Assembly (NCBI RefSeq): GCF_000283555.1
Contig: NC_016012.1
Span: 480,001-512,000, forward strand
DNA length: 32,000 nt
Direction of reading: 5' to 3'
Origin: Candidatus Arthromitus sp. SFB-rat-Yit
GTDB lineage: Bacteria; Bacillota; Clostridia; Clostridiales; Clostridiaceae
Made by a program: the position numbers and the translations under genes. Position 1 is the stretch's first letter. Each line of letters opens with the position of its first letter. Below the pieces are notes generated by a model that was given only the letters and a program-made list of their open reading frames with translations, was not told where the DNA came from and made no database searches. Shown one piece after another: positions 23,550 through 32,000 of the stretch.

Positions 23550-24056
23550 ATGAATATTGTAACAATTAATATAAACGGTATAGAGTATAAGTTAAAAGGT
23601 GAGGAGTCAGAGGAATATTTAAATAATATAGCAAGAGAAGTGGATGATAAAATAAAAGAAATGATGACAAAAAATGTAAATCTTACTGCACAATCTTCGT
23701 CTATATTATTGGCAATAAATTATTGTGATCAATTATATAAATACAGGACTGAAAAAGAAGATTTAAATAATAGCATTGAAAATTGTAATGTTAAAATACA
23801 ATCTCTTATTGATGAAAAAAATGAACTTAAAGAGAGAATGATACATATTGAAAGTGAAAATTCTAAACTTAAATTAATAAATAAAAATCTCGAAGAGGAG
23901 ATAGAGGCGTATAATACTGTTTTGAAAGAAGATAATAAAAACATATTTTCAGATAATAACGAAATTGAGGAATTGGAAAAAGAGATAGAGCTTCTCAATG
24001 AAACTGTAAGAAAACTTAAGGAAGAAAATGTTAAACTACAAGATAAGTTAAAATAA
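23550..24056 (+). CDS. zapA: ZapA-like cell-division protein with a long C-terminal coiled coil
   Basis: AGGAGGTG lies 5 nt before the ATG at 23550. The N-terminal INGIEYKLKGEESEEYLNNIAREVDDKIKEM...LTAQSSSILLAINYCDQL resembles the ZapA fold. The remaining ~95 aa are E/K/N/L-rich with heptad character. Confidence 0.6.
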   Translation: MNIVTININGIEYKLKGEESEEYLNNIAREVDDKIKEMMTKNVNLTAQSSSILLAINYCDQLYKYRTEKEDLNNSIENCNVKIQSLIDEKNELKERMIHIESENSKLKLINKNLEEEIEAYNTVLKEDNKNIFSDNNEIEELEKEIELLNETVRKLKEENVKLQDKLK

Positions 24057-24130
24057 AAAACCTTTTAATCATTATCAATATTTTGAAGAATTTTAGTAAA
24101 TACTAAAAAGATAATGAGGAGGTATTGAAA

Positions 24131-24715
24131 ATGAATTTATCTAATAGTCAAACTAAGGAAAATTTAATGAGGGCATTTGCCGGTGAATGTCAAGCACATG
24201 TGCGATATGATTTTGGAGCTAATCTAGCAAGAAAAGAAGGTTTCTATGTTATTGAAAAGGAAATTAGAGTTATTGCCATGCAAGAGATAGCACATGCTAA
24301 TGTATTTTATAAATTTTTGAAAGGTTTTAATACTCAATATATAACATTGCAAGGTGCGGCATATCCTGTTGACTTGTATGATAAGACATTGGATTTTTTG
24401 AAAGCTTCTCATGAAAGAGAATTGGAAGAGCATGATAACATATATAAAAGTTTTTCTGATATAGCTGTTAAAGAAGGATTTAATGATATAAGTTATAAAT
24501 TTAAAGAAATTAGTGAAGTTGAAAAATTACATGCAGATAAATTCATTAAAATATATAACGATTTATCTAGTGGTATGATGTTTAAGAAAAATGTTAAGAC
24601 AAAATGGTTTTGTACAAATTGTGGTCATGTTCATGATTCTGAGGATGCACCAGAATATTGTCCTGTTTGTGCTCATCCACGTGGATATTTTACGCCATAC
24701 ATTAACCAATCTTGA
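24131..24715 (+). CDS. rbr: Rubrerythrin
   Basis: Di-iron four-helix-bundle ligand motifs (AGECQAH, QEIAHANVF, ERELEEH, EVEKLHADKF) plus a C-terminal rubredoxin-like CTNCGH...CPVCAHP. GAGGAGG lies 8 nt before the ATG at 24131. Confidence 0.9.
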   Translation: MNLSNSQTKENLMRAFAGECQAHVRYDFGANLARKEGFYVIEKEIRVIAMQEIAHANVFYKFLKGFNTQYITLQGAAYPVDLYDKTLDFLKASHERELEEHDNIYKSFSDIAVKEGFNDISYKFKEISEVEKLHADKFIKIYNDLSSGMMFKKNVKTKWFCTNCGHVHDSEDAPEYCPVCAHPRGYFTPYINQS

Positions 24716-24721
24716 TTTAAT

Positions 24722-24765
24722 TTAAGAGTATGATGATATTTCTATCATACTCTTAATTTTTTTTT
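24722..24765. terminator. Bidirectional terminator between rbr and the convergent transporter gene
   Basis: TTAAGAGTATGAT (24722-24734) / ATCATACTCTTAA (24744-24756), a perfect 13-bp stem followed by T9. It overlaps the stop of the minus-strand gene. Confidence 0.8.
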
Positions 24766-25661
24766 AGAGCATTTGTAAATGTTATAAAAATTTGAGTATT
24801 TATAACTTTTGAATTAATTAGTTTTTTTAATTTATGTCTTAATGTGTCTAATTCATCTATGGAAAATTTACCGTTTAAACTTAATGTGATGTAGATTTCT
24901 GTAAATTTACCGAGTTTTGATATAAAAATATCGTAGATTTTAATTTCTGGATAATTATAGTTAATTAATGATGCAAGTTCTTGTTCAGATTTGTAATGGA
25001 TTCTTTTATAAGTTAGGATATTGATTTGATTTTTTAAAAGTTTTATTGGTTGATATGCAAAGAACATAGTTAAAATGATAACAAGAATTGCATCTGAGAT
25101 TGGAAATAGAGGTTTAAGAAAGGGTATTACATTAAATAAAATAAATGCAATAGATGTACCGAGGCTAAGTAGTGCGTCAATATTTGCACCGATTGCTTCA
25201 GATTTTAATACTTCTGAGCAATTATTGATTTTTTTGTTATAATGTTTATAAATTAAATATAAAGCAAAACAGAGAATGGTCATTAATGTCCCGTTAAGGA
25301 TGATTAATTTTAAATTTACTTCAGGAATTTGGTTCGGATTAGAAATAAATGCAGAAATAGTTGTTATGCTTGAGAAAATAGATGAAACGAGAAGTATTAT
25401 TATAAGAATTGATTTAAATAATACATAAAGAGTTTCTTTACTATATTGTCCCAAAGGATACTGTTTTCTGCTTGAGGTTTCTATATCTTTAGAGATTTTT
25501 ATTGCTACTACAACAGAAATAAATTGTATGAATGAAAATAATCCATCTATTAATACGGCTTTTGATTTTGAAAATATAAACAAAATAATTCCTATAATAG
25601 TCATTAATAGGTTTAATAGGTTGCCACGTTTTAATGCTTTTTGTTCAATTGATAAATCCAT
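24753..25661 (-). CDS. Cation diffusion facilitator (CDF)-like transporter
   Basis: Six predicted transmembrane segments followed by a cytoplasmic domain of about 80 aa (IKIYDIFISKLGKFTEIYITLSL...) that resembles the ZT_dimer domain. AVLIDGLFSF and YPLGQYSKE resemble the CDF TM2 and loop motifs. AAGGTGA ribosome-binding site. Confidence 0.6.
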   Translation of the reverse strand: MDLSIEQKALKRGNLLNLLMTIIGIILFIFSKSKAVLIDGLFSFIQFISVVVAIKISKDIETSSRKQYPLGQYSKETLYVLFKSILIIILLVSSIFSSITTISAFISNPNQIPEVNLKLIILNGTLMTILCFALYLIYKHYNKKINNCSEVLKSEAIGANIDALLSLGTSIAFILFNVIPFLKPLFPISDAILVIILTMFFAYQPIKLLKNQINILTYKRIHYKSEQELASLINYNYPEIKIYDIFISKLGKFTEIYITLSLNGKFSIDELDTLRHKLKKLINSKVINTQIFITFTNALKKN

Positions 25662-25756
25662 TTTATCACCTTAATTTTTATTTGTAATTTTATTTGTAAT
25701 TATTTTAACATATTTTGGTGATGGTGTTCAAAAATAAAGTTAAAAAGTTTATTTTG

Positions 25757-25765
25757 TGGTAGAAT
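25757..25765 (+). promoter_or_regulatory. Candidate extended -10 element (TGGTAGAAT) for the MATE gene
   Basis: TGnTAGAAT lies about 45 nt upstream of the start codon. The -35 region is weak. Confidence 0.3.
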
Positions 25766-25809
25766 ATCGTAAGGTGTATTTTTAAACAATTTATTGGAGG
25801 TTATTAATT

Positions 25810-27165
25810 TTGTTTTTTGTGAAGGATAAGAATTTTTATAGAAAAATATTAACTATAGCTGTACCTATAACTTTACAAAGTCTTATAACTTTTGCAACTA
25901 ATATGATGGACACAATAATGGTTGGAAGTCTTGGTGAGATAGCTTTATCAGCAGCTTCACTATCAGGACAGATCTTTTTTGTACTTAGTGTTCTATGTTT
26001 TGGAATAGGGGGAGGAGGGGCTGTTTTAACTTCTCAGTTTTGGGGTAAAAATGATACAAAATCAATTTCAAAAACACTATCAATAACGATTAAGTTAAGT
26101 TTGATAGTTGGAATTGTAGCTATGATACTTGCTTTAACCATTCCTGATAAATTACTTGGATTTTATATAAATGATTCAAATGTTATACAAGCAGGTGTTT
26201 CTTATTTGAGATTGGCATCGCTTATTTATCCACTTTTTGCGGTATTAACGATAACATCTATAATACTTAGGACAACATCACAGATTAAGATTTCTGTTTT
26301 AGGTAATAGTATAGCGTTTATACTCAATGTGATTTTTAATTATATTTTTATATTTGGTAAATTTGGAATGCCACAGATGGGTTTAACAGGAGCAGCAGTT
26401 GGTACAGTAATTTCAAGAATTGTTGAATTTTGTATAATACTTGGATATTTATTTTTTATAGAAAAGAACTTAAAGTTTAGAATTAAGGATTTATTTAGTT
26501 TTGATAGAGAAATATTTGTAAAATATCTCAAAAGTGGAATCAATGTTTTAATAAGTGATGCATTATTGGTTGCTGGATTGACAAGCCTCACAATGATACT
26601 CGGAAGGCTTGGGCCTGAAATGATTGCAGCAAATAGTATTTGTAGTATAGTAATTCAACTATCCACAGTTTTTATAAATGGAATATCGAGTTCAGGTCTT
26701 GTTATAATAGGAAATACAATTGGAGAAGGTAAATTTTCACTTGCAAAAGAACAGTCAAGAACTTTTTTGTTAATTTCTATAATAGTTGGTATGGTAGCAT
26801 CACTTTTAATTATGGTAACGAAGCATTTTATTATAGATTTTTATAATGTTGAGCAGGTAACAAAAGATATAGCTTATGAATTAATGAATGGTGCAATATT
26901 TATTATAATTTTCCAGGTTCCATCTTCTGTTTTAACAAAAGGGATTTTGCGTGGAGGAGGAGATACGAAATTTTTGGTGTTTGCAGATGTTTTATTTTTA
27001 TGGTTGTTGTCGATACCACTTGGAATGTTAGCAGCATTTGTATTTAAATTTTCACCAGCTATTATATATATTTGTTTAAAATTTGATGAAATAATAAAAG
27101 CTATTTGGTGTACTTTGAGAATGATGGGTAATAAATGGATCAAAGATGTTACTGTAAAAATTTAA
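25810..27165 (+). CDS. MATE-family multidrug/toxin efflux transporter
   Basis: 451 aa and about 12 transmembrane segments. N-terminal ILTIAVPITLQSLITFATNMMDTIMVGSLGEIALSAASLSGQIFF is typical of MATE (NorM/DinF-type) proteins. TTG start 9 nt after GGAGG. Confidence 0.85.
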   Translation: MFFVKDKNFYRKILTIAVPITLQSLITFATNMMDTIMVGSLGEIALSAASLSGQIFFVLSVLCFGIGGGGAVLTSQFWGKNDTKSISKTLSITIKLSLIVGIVAMILALTIPDKLLGFYINDSNVIQAGVSYLRLASLIYPLFAVLTITSIILRTTSQIKISVLGNSIAFILNVIFNYIFIFGKFGMPQMGLTGAAVGTVISRIVEFCIILGYLFFIEKNLKFRIKDLFSFDREIFVKYLKSGINVLISDALLVAGLTSLTMILGRLGPEMIAANSICSIVIQLSTVFINGISSSGLVIIGNTIGEGKFSLAKEQSRTFLLISIIVGMVASLLIMVTKHFIIDFYNVEQVTKDIAYELMNGAIFIIIFQVPSSVLTKGILRGGGDTKFLVFADVLFLWLLSIPLGMLAAFVFKFSPAIIYICLKFDEIIKAIWCTLRMMGNKWIKDVTVKI

Positions 27166-27192
27166 CGTGTTTTAATTAGAGAAGGGATTTAT

Positions 27193-27897
27193 ATGGGGTG
27201 TTTATTTAGGATAATTAAATTATTTATAATTTTGCTATTTATTATTCTTATTTTTTGTTTATTAAAAGGGTTTATATTTTACAAAGATACTTTGGATAAA
27301 ATGCCATTAAATGTAAAAGTTAGTCAAATTACTTCAAATAAAGATTATGTAAATATAGAAAATATTTCAGATAGTATGAAAAAATTTATTGTAACTGTCG
27401 AAGATAAGAGATTTTATAGTCACAATGGTATTGATATATCTTCGATATTAGGTTCTGTAATTGGAAATTTATCTGCGGGTTACTATAAATATGGAGGTAG
27501 TACAATAACTCAGCAATTAGCAAAAAATATGTATTTTTCAAATGAGAAGAACATTACAAGAAAAATTGCTGAAATGTTTACTGCTTTTAAGATTGAAAGA
27601 GAATATTCTAAGGATGAAATTTTGGAGATGTATTTGAATCAGATATATTTTGGAGAGGGATATTATGGAATAAATGCAGCAAGTTATGGATATTTTAGTG
27701 CATCACCAAGTGATTTAACAAAATATCAATCTTCGTTACTTGCTGGAATACCACAATCACCAAGCTTGTATAATTTGAAAACTAAAAATCGAGCTATGAG
27801 TAATAGATATTCGCGTGTTCTCAAAAATTTGGTAGAAAATAAAGATATAACGCTTGAGGAAGCAAAAAAGTTTGAAGAATATTACAAGACATCATGA
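27193..27897 (+). CDS. Monofunctional peptidoglycan glycosyltransferase (GT51)
   Basis: N-terminal transmembrane anchor followed by GT51 motifs VEDKRFYSHNGID, GGSTITQQLAKN, RKIAE...KDEILEMYLNQIYFG. There is no transpeptidase domain (234 aa in total). Confidence 0.85.
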   Translation: MGCLFRIIKLFIILLFIILIFCLLKGFIFYKDTLDKMPLNVKVSQITSNKDYVNIENISDSMKKFIVTVEDKRFYSHNGIDISSILGSVIGNLSAGYYKYGGSTITQQLAKNMYFSNEKNITRKIAEMFTAFKIEREYSKDEILEMYLNQIYFGEGYYGINAASYGYFSASPSDLTKYQSSLLAGIPQSPSLYNLKTKNRAMSNRYSRVLKNLVENKDITLEEAKKFEEYYKTS

Positions 27898-27919
27898 TGT
27901 AATTCGTGATGTCTTTTTA
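27886..27919 (+). terminator. Rho-independent terminator overlapping the stop codon
   Basis: AAGACATCA (27886-27894) / TGATGTCTT (27907-27915), followed by TTT. Confidence 0.55.
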
Positions 27920-27982
27920 TTTATCTTATCATAAAATTACTTTATAATTATATTTATTAGGACAAAATTAAGGAGAATTGGC

Positions 27983-28570
27983 ATGATTTTAAACAAAACT
28001 AATCGAAATGTAATTATAGATATTGACAACTACCAAAATAAATATTTAGATGATATGATTTTCACAAAGTATGTAATAGAGTTTTCAGAAAAAGGTGGAG
28101 CTACAGCATTTTTAACTAATAATTTTACAAATTTTAAAATATTGAAAGAAATAACGAAGTTACCAATATTTTTTGAGGTTGATAGAAAATTTAATGGGAT
28201 AATAAATATAGATCCTGAATTTTTGATTATAGATATAGTTAATTTTAATGGTGTTTATGAACAATTAAATATATTTTTAAATGATATTAGGGAAAAGTTT
28301 AAAGGGAAAATAATTGGGAAAATATTTAATAAGAAACAAGCTATATTAGCATGTAAATTGAATTTGGATGGAATTGCAATAGATGTTTTTAAAGAAAATT
28401 TTGATAATGAATTTATATCAGAACTTTGTTTGGATATAAACATACCGGTTATATTGAGAATTAAAACTTTGGATATAAATATTTGTAAAGACTTGGTTAA
28501 AATTGGTGTAAGCAATTTTATTTTGGGAGAGGACATAACGAATCCAAATAAAATTTTAAGTAAGATTTAA
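27983..28570 (+). CDS. Divergent TIM-barrel-like protein, possibly NanE (ManNAc-6-P 2-epimerase)-related
   Basis: AAGGAGA ribosome-binding site. KGGATAFLTNNFTNFKILKEITKLPIFF and IPVILRIKTLDINICKDLVKIGVSNFILGEDITNPNKILSKI parallel the NanE segments GGA.GIR......I..IK....LPVIG and PVIAEGR.....A......GA.AVVVG.AITRP..IT..F. The similarity is weak. Confidence 0.4.
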   Translation: MILNKTNRNVIIDIDNYQNKYLDDMIFTKYVIEFSEKGGATAFLTNNFTNFKILKEITKLPIFFEVDRKFNGIINIDPEFLIIDIVNFNGVYEQLNIFLNDIREKFKGKIIGKIFNKKQAILACKLNLDGIAIDVFKENFDNEFISELCLDINIPVILRIKTLDINICKDLVKIGVSNFILGEDITNPNKILSKI

Positions 28571-28662
28571 AAAAATATAATTTATGTATAGATTTATATA
28601 GTGAACCTGAACATGATTTTGGGTGCAGATTTTAATTTTGTGGGTAAGTACATAGATTTGAA

Positions 28663-28714
28663 AGAAAAAAGCAGACAGTTTCCAGATGTTTCTGGATTTA
28701 TGTCTGCTGTTTTT
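28663..28714. terminator. Bidirectional compound hairpin terminator
   Basis: Outer stem GCAGACA (28671-77) / TGTCTGC (28701-07) and inner stem TCCAGA (28681-86) / TCTGGA (28691-96). An A-run precedes it and a T-run follows it. It lies between convergent genes. Confidence 0.7.
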
Positions 28715-28743
28715 GTGTGGGGAATGTGATTGGAATTGTGTAT

Positions 28744-29250
28744 TTAATTTTTTATTGAACTCATTATTAAAATTTTCAAAACCTTTTTTTTATATATTAA
28801 TTCCGTAATCATATCTAAATTTTTAATTATCTCATCAAATGATATATTTAAATTTAAATATAAATTGCTGTCCATTATTTGTTTTGATTTTGATAAGGTA
28901 TGCTCATTAAATGAAAAATAATTATTATTCAATTTATTAGATGATATGTTTTCAAGAAAAATTTCCTTATTGTTAATGTATAGAAAATTTATTATGTTTG
29001 GATAAAGATTAAACAAAGAAGGACTATAGAATACTAAATCATTTATTTTAATTCCGCAAAATTTTTCATATCCTAAGTTATATTCGTTAGCTGGTATGTT
29101 TTTAAAGTATACCTTTACTTCTGATTTGTTGCTTGATTTAGCAGCAGAGATAATTATGTTTTCGATTTCCTCGTTTTTGAAATCTTGTTTAATATTGTCA
29201 TGATTATTATTGCGAATAATTTTAAATTTATAATTTTGATTATTTTGCAT
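28744..29250 (-). CDS. Hypothetical protein (168 aa)
   Basis: ORF with a GGAGA ribosome-binding site. N/K/I-rich. No signal peptide and no motif I recognise. Confidence 0.5.
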   Translation of the reverse strand: MQNNQNYKFKIIRNNNHDNIKQDFKNEEIENIIISAAKSSNKSEVKVYFKNIPANEYNLGYEKFCGIKINDLVFYSPSLFNLYPNIINFLYINNKEIFLENISSNKLNNNYFSFNEHTLSKSKQIMDSNLYLNLNISFDEIIKNLDMITELIYKKKVLKILIMSSIKN

Positions 29251-29319
29251 AATAAGTCTCCATATTTTTAAAGTAATATATTAAATATTGTATTTATATT
29301 TTTAAAAAGTATGTAAGGG

Positions 29320-30054
29320 CTATTTAATTTTAATATTAATCAATTCAACGAGCCTTGAAATGATAAGATCAATAAATATGAAAAAATGACCACTGCAATT
29401 TAAGTTATATGTTTTCATTGATTTATTTTCTGGTAAAAACATAAAAAGAGAGACCATGTTGTTAATGTTTTTTAGCATTGTATTTGAGAACACAATAATT
29501 ATTTTGTTCGATAATTTTTCCAACGAATTTCTAAGAGTTATATCGTCAATTGAATCGATTATGTAAATTATAAGTTGAGAATCTTTATTTTTTGAGTTTA
29601 CTTTTAAGGATGATGTTATGTTTGTTTTAATATTTAATTGTTTTAATTTGTCTTCAAAATATTGTGCTATGATTTTGTATGATTCTGAAAAGAGAAGAGA
29701 TACTTTTTGATATTTAAATAGGAAATCTGATATTAGGTTTATATGAGTTTCATTTATATTTTTTACAAAATTATTTAACAAATCTTTTGAAATGTTAAAC
29801 ATGTTATTTTTATTTGATAATATTGTTTTGGAACATTCATTTAATATAGAAATTAAATTTTCAAAGTTATCTAAGTTTAATTTTTTACAAAATTTATTTA
29901 TTGAGTATTCACTAATGTTCATAGATAAGCTTAACTCTTTTATGCTCATTTGTGAAACTTGCGAAATATTGCACGAAATAAAATTGAAAATAAATTTTTC
30001 CTTTTCAGATAAAGAATTCAAGAAATCTCCAAACATTTCTTTAAACAAATTCAT
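29320..30054 (-). CDS. RpiR/MurR-family transcriptional regulator (HTH plus SIS-like domain)
   Basis: N-terminal LSEKEKFIFNFISCNISQVSQMSIKELSLSMNISEYSINKFCKKLNLDNFENL fits the RpiR HTH_6 pattern (LS..E..IA.YI......v...si.eLA....vS.atI.RF.kKLGf.GF.eF). The C-terminal half is alpha/beta and SIS-like. AGGTGG ribosome-binding site. Confidence 0.7.
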   Translation of the reverse strand: MNLFKEMFGDFLNSLSEKEKFIFNFISCNISQVSQMSIKELSLSMNISEYSINKFCKKLNLDNFENLISILNECSKTILSNKNNMFNISKDLLNNFVKNINETHINLISDFLFKYQKVSLLFSESYKIIAQYFEDKLKQLNIKTNITSSLKVNSKNKDSQLIIYIIDSIDDITLRNSLEKLSNKIIIVFSNTMLKNINNMVSLFMFLPENKSMKTYNLNCSGHFFIFIDLIISRLVELINIKIK

Positions 30055-30151
30055 GTTGTTACCACCTAGAAATTAAATTTTACGACTAATAAATTTTAAA
30101 AAATTTACGATGTTTAAATTGATTAATAAATTTTTATTAAGAGGTTTATCA

Positions 30152-30493
30152 ATGAATAGTTTATGTAAATATAAGTTTAATAAAAATATTTTTAAATATA
30201 TATTTTTGTTAATTGGGTTCGGAGGAGTTTTGGCATTTATAAATAAAATTAGATCTAGGAACCGTACAGCATATGTGAGTGATTTATGCAGCAATTTAAT
30301 GGAGTGTCATGTTTTAAATATAGATGATTATGATAAATTGGGGCATTTGGTATACAGTGATGGAACTCAGATTGTTTTAGATCAAAAAACTGGAGTGACA
30401 TCGATAGTTTTTATTAATGCTGATGGAGAAATCGAAATCGTTGAAGTATCTGATGATGATTTAAATGAATTAATTTGCAATAAAAGTTTTTAA
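30152..30493 (+). CDS. Small membrane-anchored hypothetical protein
   Basis: The ATG at 30152 lies 7 nt after AAGAGG; the track start at 30110 has no ribosome-binding site. One transmembrane segment (IFLLIGFGGVLAFI). The gene is divergent from the RpiR gene. Confidence 0.5.
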   Translation: MNSLCKYKFNKNIFKYIFLLIGFGGVLAFINKIRSRNRTAYVSDLCSNLMECHVLNIDDYDKLGHLVYSDGTQIVLDQKTGVTSIVFINADGEIEIVEVSDDDLNELICNKSF

Positions 30494-30579
30494 TGTAGCT
30501 GAGAATTAATTCTATTAGAATTTTTTTGTGTTGTAAACCATACACAAATATTTTAAAATATTTTATAAATATTTTTGAA

Positions 30580-30610
30580 TTAACCACTATTTTTATAGTG
30601 GTTAATTTTG
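30580..30610 (+). terminator. Rho-independent terminator
   Basis: TTAACCACTAT (30580-90) / ATAGTGGTTAA (30595-605), a perfect 11-bp stem with a TTTT loop, followed by TTTT. Confidence 0.75.
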
Positions 30611-30630
30611 TGTTTGGAGGAAAAAGTTTT

Positions 30631-32000
30631 ATGGCAGCTGAACTACTGGCTCCAGTTGGAAGTTATGAATCATTTATAGGTGCAATTAACGAAGGTGCGG
30701 ACGCGATATATTTGGGTGGTGAAAAATTTTCCGCTAGAGCAAACTGTGAAAAATTTTCAGATGAAGAGTTTCAAAATATGATTGACTATGCTCATGAATA
30801 TGGGGTTAAGGTTTATATTGCCTTTAATACGCTTATAAAGCAAGAAGAGTTTAAAGAAGCTTTTGAATATGGATTAAAATTGTATAATATGGGTGTGGAT
30901 GCTTTAATAGTTCAAGATACTGGACTTATACATATGTTTTCAAAATTTAAGGGTATTGAAATCCATGCGTCAACGCAATTAAGTATACATAATTTATCTG
31001 GTGCAAAGTATTTTAGGGATAATGGAACAATTCGTGTTGTAGTCGCGAGAGAATTATCGTTTGATGATATAAAAATTATTTCTGAAGAAGTTGAAACGGA
31101 AGGGTTTATACATGGAGCTATTTGTGTTAGTTATTCAGGTCAATGTACTATGAGTGGACTCATATCAGACAGAAGTGGAAATCGTGGAAGATGTGCTCAG
31201 CCATGTCGTATGGAATATTCTCTTGTAGATGATAAAGGGAGAATTCATAAGAGAGGTTTTCTTATGAGTACGAAAGATTTGATGACTATAAATATTTTGC
31301 CAAGACTTCTCAAAGAAACAAAAATTAAATCCTTAAAGATCGAAGGAAGAATGAAACGTAGTGAGTATGTCGTAAATACAGTTCGTGCTTATAAAGACAT
31401 AATAAGAAAGATTGAAGAAAATAAAGAAGTTAGTGCCTCCTACATAAGAGAAAGAGAAGAAAACTTGTTAAAGGTATTTAATAGAGAAGGATTTACAAAT
31501 GGTTATATGCTCGGTTATGAGGGTGAGAAGTTTTTATCTGTTAATAATCCTAAAAATCAAGGCGTGTATTTGGGAGATATTCTTAATGATGGATACATTA
31601 TTTTAAAGAATGATGTGGCACTTGGAGATGGAATTTCATCCTTAAATGATGGATGTATTTTGACAAAGATACTTTATAATAATGAAAAGATATCTGTAGG
31701 AAAATCTGGAATGAAGGTGAAACTATTTCCGATGAGATTTTCAAAAGGGGATAAAATTTTTAAAACTAATGATCAAAAATTTGAGAAAGAATTGAGAGAG
31801 AGTTTTAAAAAAGAGTATGCAAATAAAAATTATGTTAATGCTAACTTAATATTTGAACCCTATAAACCGATGATTTTGGAACTTACATATAAAAATCACA
31901 TCGTAAAAGTGTTTGGAGATGTTGTTGAAGAAGTCATAAATACTCCTTTAGATAGGGAAAGAATTATGACTCAATTGAAAAAGGGAAGCGTAGGAAGTTT
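30631..32000 (+). CDS. Peptidase U32 family protein (collagenase-like / RNA-hydroxylation-associated family); 3' end lies outside the window
   Basis: It is not in the ORF track because it runs off the window. The ATG at 30631 lies after GGAGG, and the frame stays open to base 32000. N-terminus ELLAPVGSYESFIGAINEGADAIYLGGEKFSAR. EGFIHGAICVSYSGQCTMS matches the U32 signature E-x-F-x2-G-[SA]-[LIVM]-C-x4-G-x-C-x-[LIVM]-S. RCAQPCR follows. Confidence 0.9.
   Translation, partial: MAAELLAPVGSYESFIGAINEGADAIYLGGEKFSARANCEKFSDEEFQNMIDYAHEYGVKVYIAFNTLIKQEEFKEAFEYGLKLYNMGVDALIVQDTGLIHMFSKFKGIEIHASTQLSIHNLSGAKYFRDNGTIRVVVARELSFDDIKIISEEVETEGFIHGAICVSYSGQCTMSGLISDRSGNRGRCAQPCRMEYSLVDDKGRIHKRGFLMSTKDLMTINILPRLLKETKIKSLKIEGRMKRSEYVVNTVRAYKDIIRKIEENKEVSASYIREREENLLKVFNREGFTNGYMLGYEGEKFLSVNNPKNQGVYLGDILNDGYIILKNDVALGDGISSLNDGCILTKILYNNEKISVGKSGMKVKLFPMRFSKGDKIFKTNDQKFEKELRESFKKEYANKNYVNANLIFEPYKPMILELTYKNHIVKVFGDVVEEVINTPLDRERIMTQLKKGSVGS

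Noticed and set aside
28571-28743. An intergenic stretch that is relatively G-rich for this window (GGGTGCAG, GTGGGTAAG, GTGTGGGGAATGTGATTGG), considered as a possible small RNA or riboswitch
   Set aside because: The clear structure there is fully explained as a bidirectional terminator for the two convergent genes. I see no conserved riboswitch-like core and no promoter.
2269-30294. About 22 antisense or overlapping ORFs of 60-132 aa from the six-frame track (e.g. 2269-2508, 5998-6288, 6637-6867, 8691-8915, 9463-9735, 9635-9835, 11831-12013, 13344-13607, 16248-16547, 19389-19787, 21048-21233, 21723-21944, 21986-22261, 22782-23006, 23328-23510, 23729-23998, 24224-24433, 26340-26591, 26874-27143, 28255-28536, 29792-30076, 30073-30294)
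   Set aside because: Each lies inside, and antisense to, a longer ORF that has clear motifs. They lack ribosome-binding sites, and their translations are low-complexity (I/F/L/S/K/N-rich), as expected for shadow frames in AT-rich DNA.
23386-30610. The two terminators at 23386-23421 and 30580-30610 share TTAACCA...TGGTTAATTTT, suggesting a dispersed repeat or REP-like element family
   Set aside because: Only the outer 7 bp of the stems match and the centres differ. With two instances in AT-rich DNA this could be chance. It would need a genome-wide count, which I cannot do here.

Overview
The window is very AT-rich (I did not compute the G+C content). It looks like chromosomal DNA from a low-GC Firmicute or clostridial-type organism: GGAGG-type ribosome-binding sites, hairpin plus T-run terminators, tightly packed genes, and CotS-like spore-coat kinase-fold genes. 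I saw no rRNA, tRNA, CRISPR array, transposase or integrase.

Most of the window is housekeeping or envelope functions. I recognised these from sequence motifs: a low-molecular-weight protein tyrosine phosphatase (LMW-PTP), recJ, a soluble PAS histidine kinase, murG, a zapA-like gene, rubrerythrin, a cation diffusion facilitator (CDF) transporter, a MATE efflux transporter, a monofunctional GT51 transglycosylase, an RpiR-family regulator, and a U32 peptidase.

The most unusual locus is a two-gene operon of about 10.4 kb (12913..23381), one third of the window.
- It encodes paralogous giant secreted proteins of 1451 aa and about 2029 aa.
- Each is built from roughly 11-12 beta-sandwich modules of about 100 aa. 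Two module subtypes mostly alternate.
- Both proteins end in the same conserved tail of about 130 aa, which resembles DUF4214 and finishes in C[D/N]KMGI[A/L]W.
- I could not find any classical Gram-positive anchoring motif in either protein.
- Several small envelope proteins of unknown function lie just upstream.

Other points of interest:
- A secreted acidic protein made of four near-identical 303-bp (101-aa) tandem repeats.
- An isolated phage-type DUF2815 gene.
- A tandem pair of CotS-like genes whose catalytic Asp positions appear replaced by Asn.
- A recJ / orphan histidine kinase gene pair.

All family assignments come from motif recognition by eye. No database or HMM search was run.
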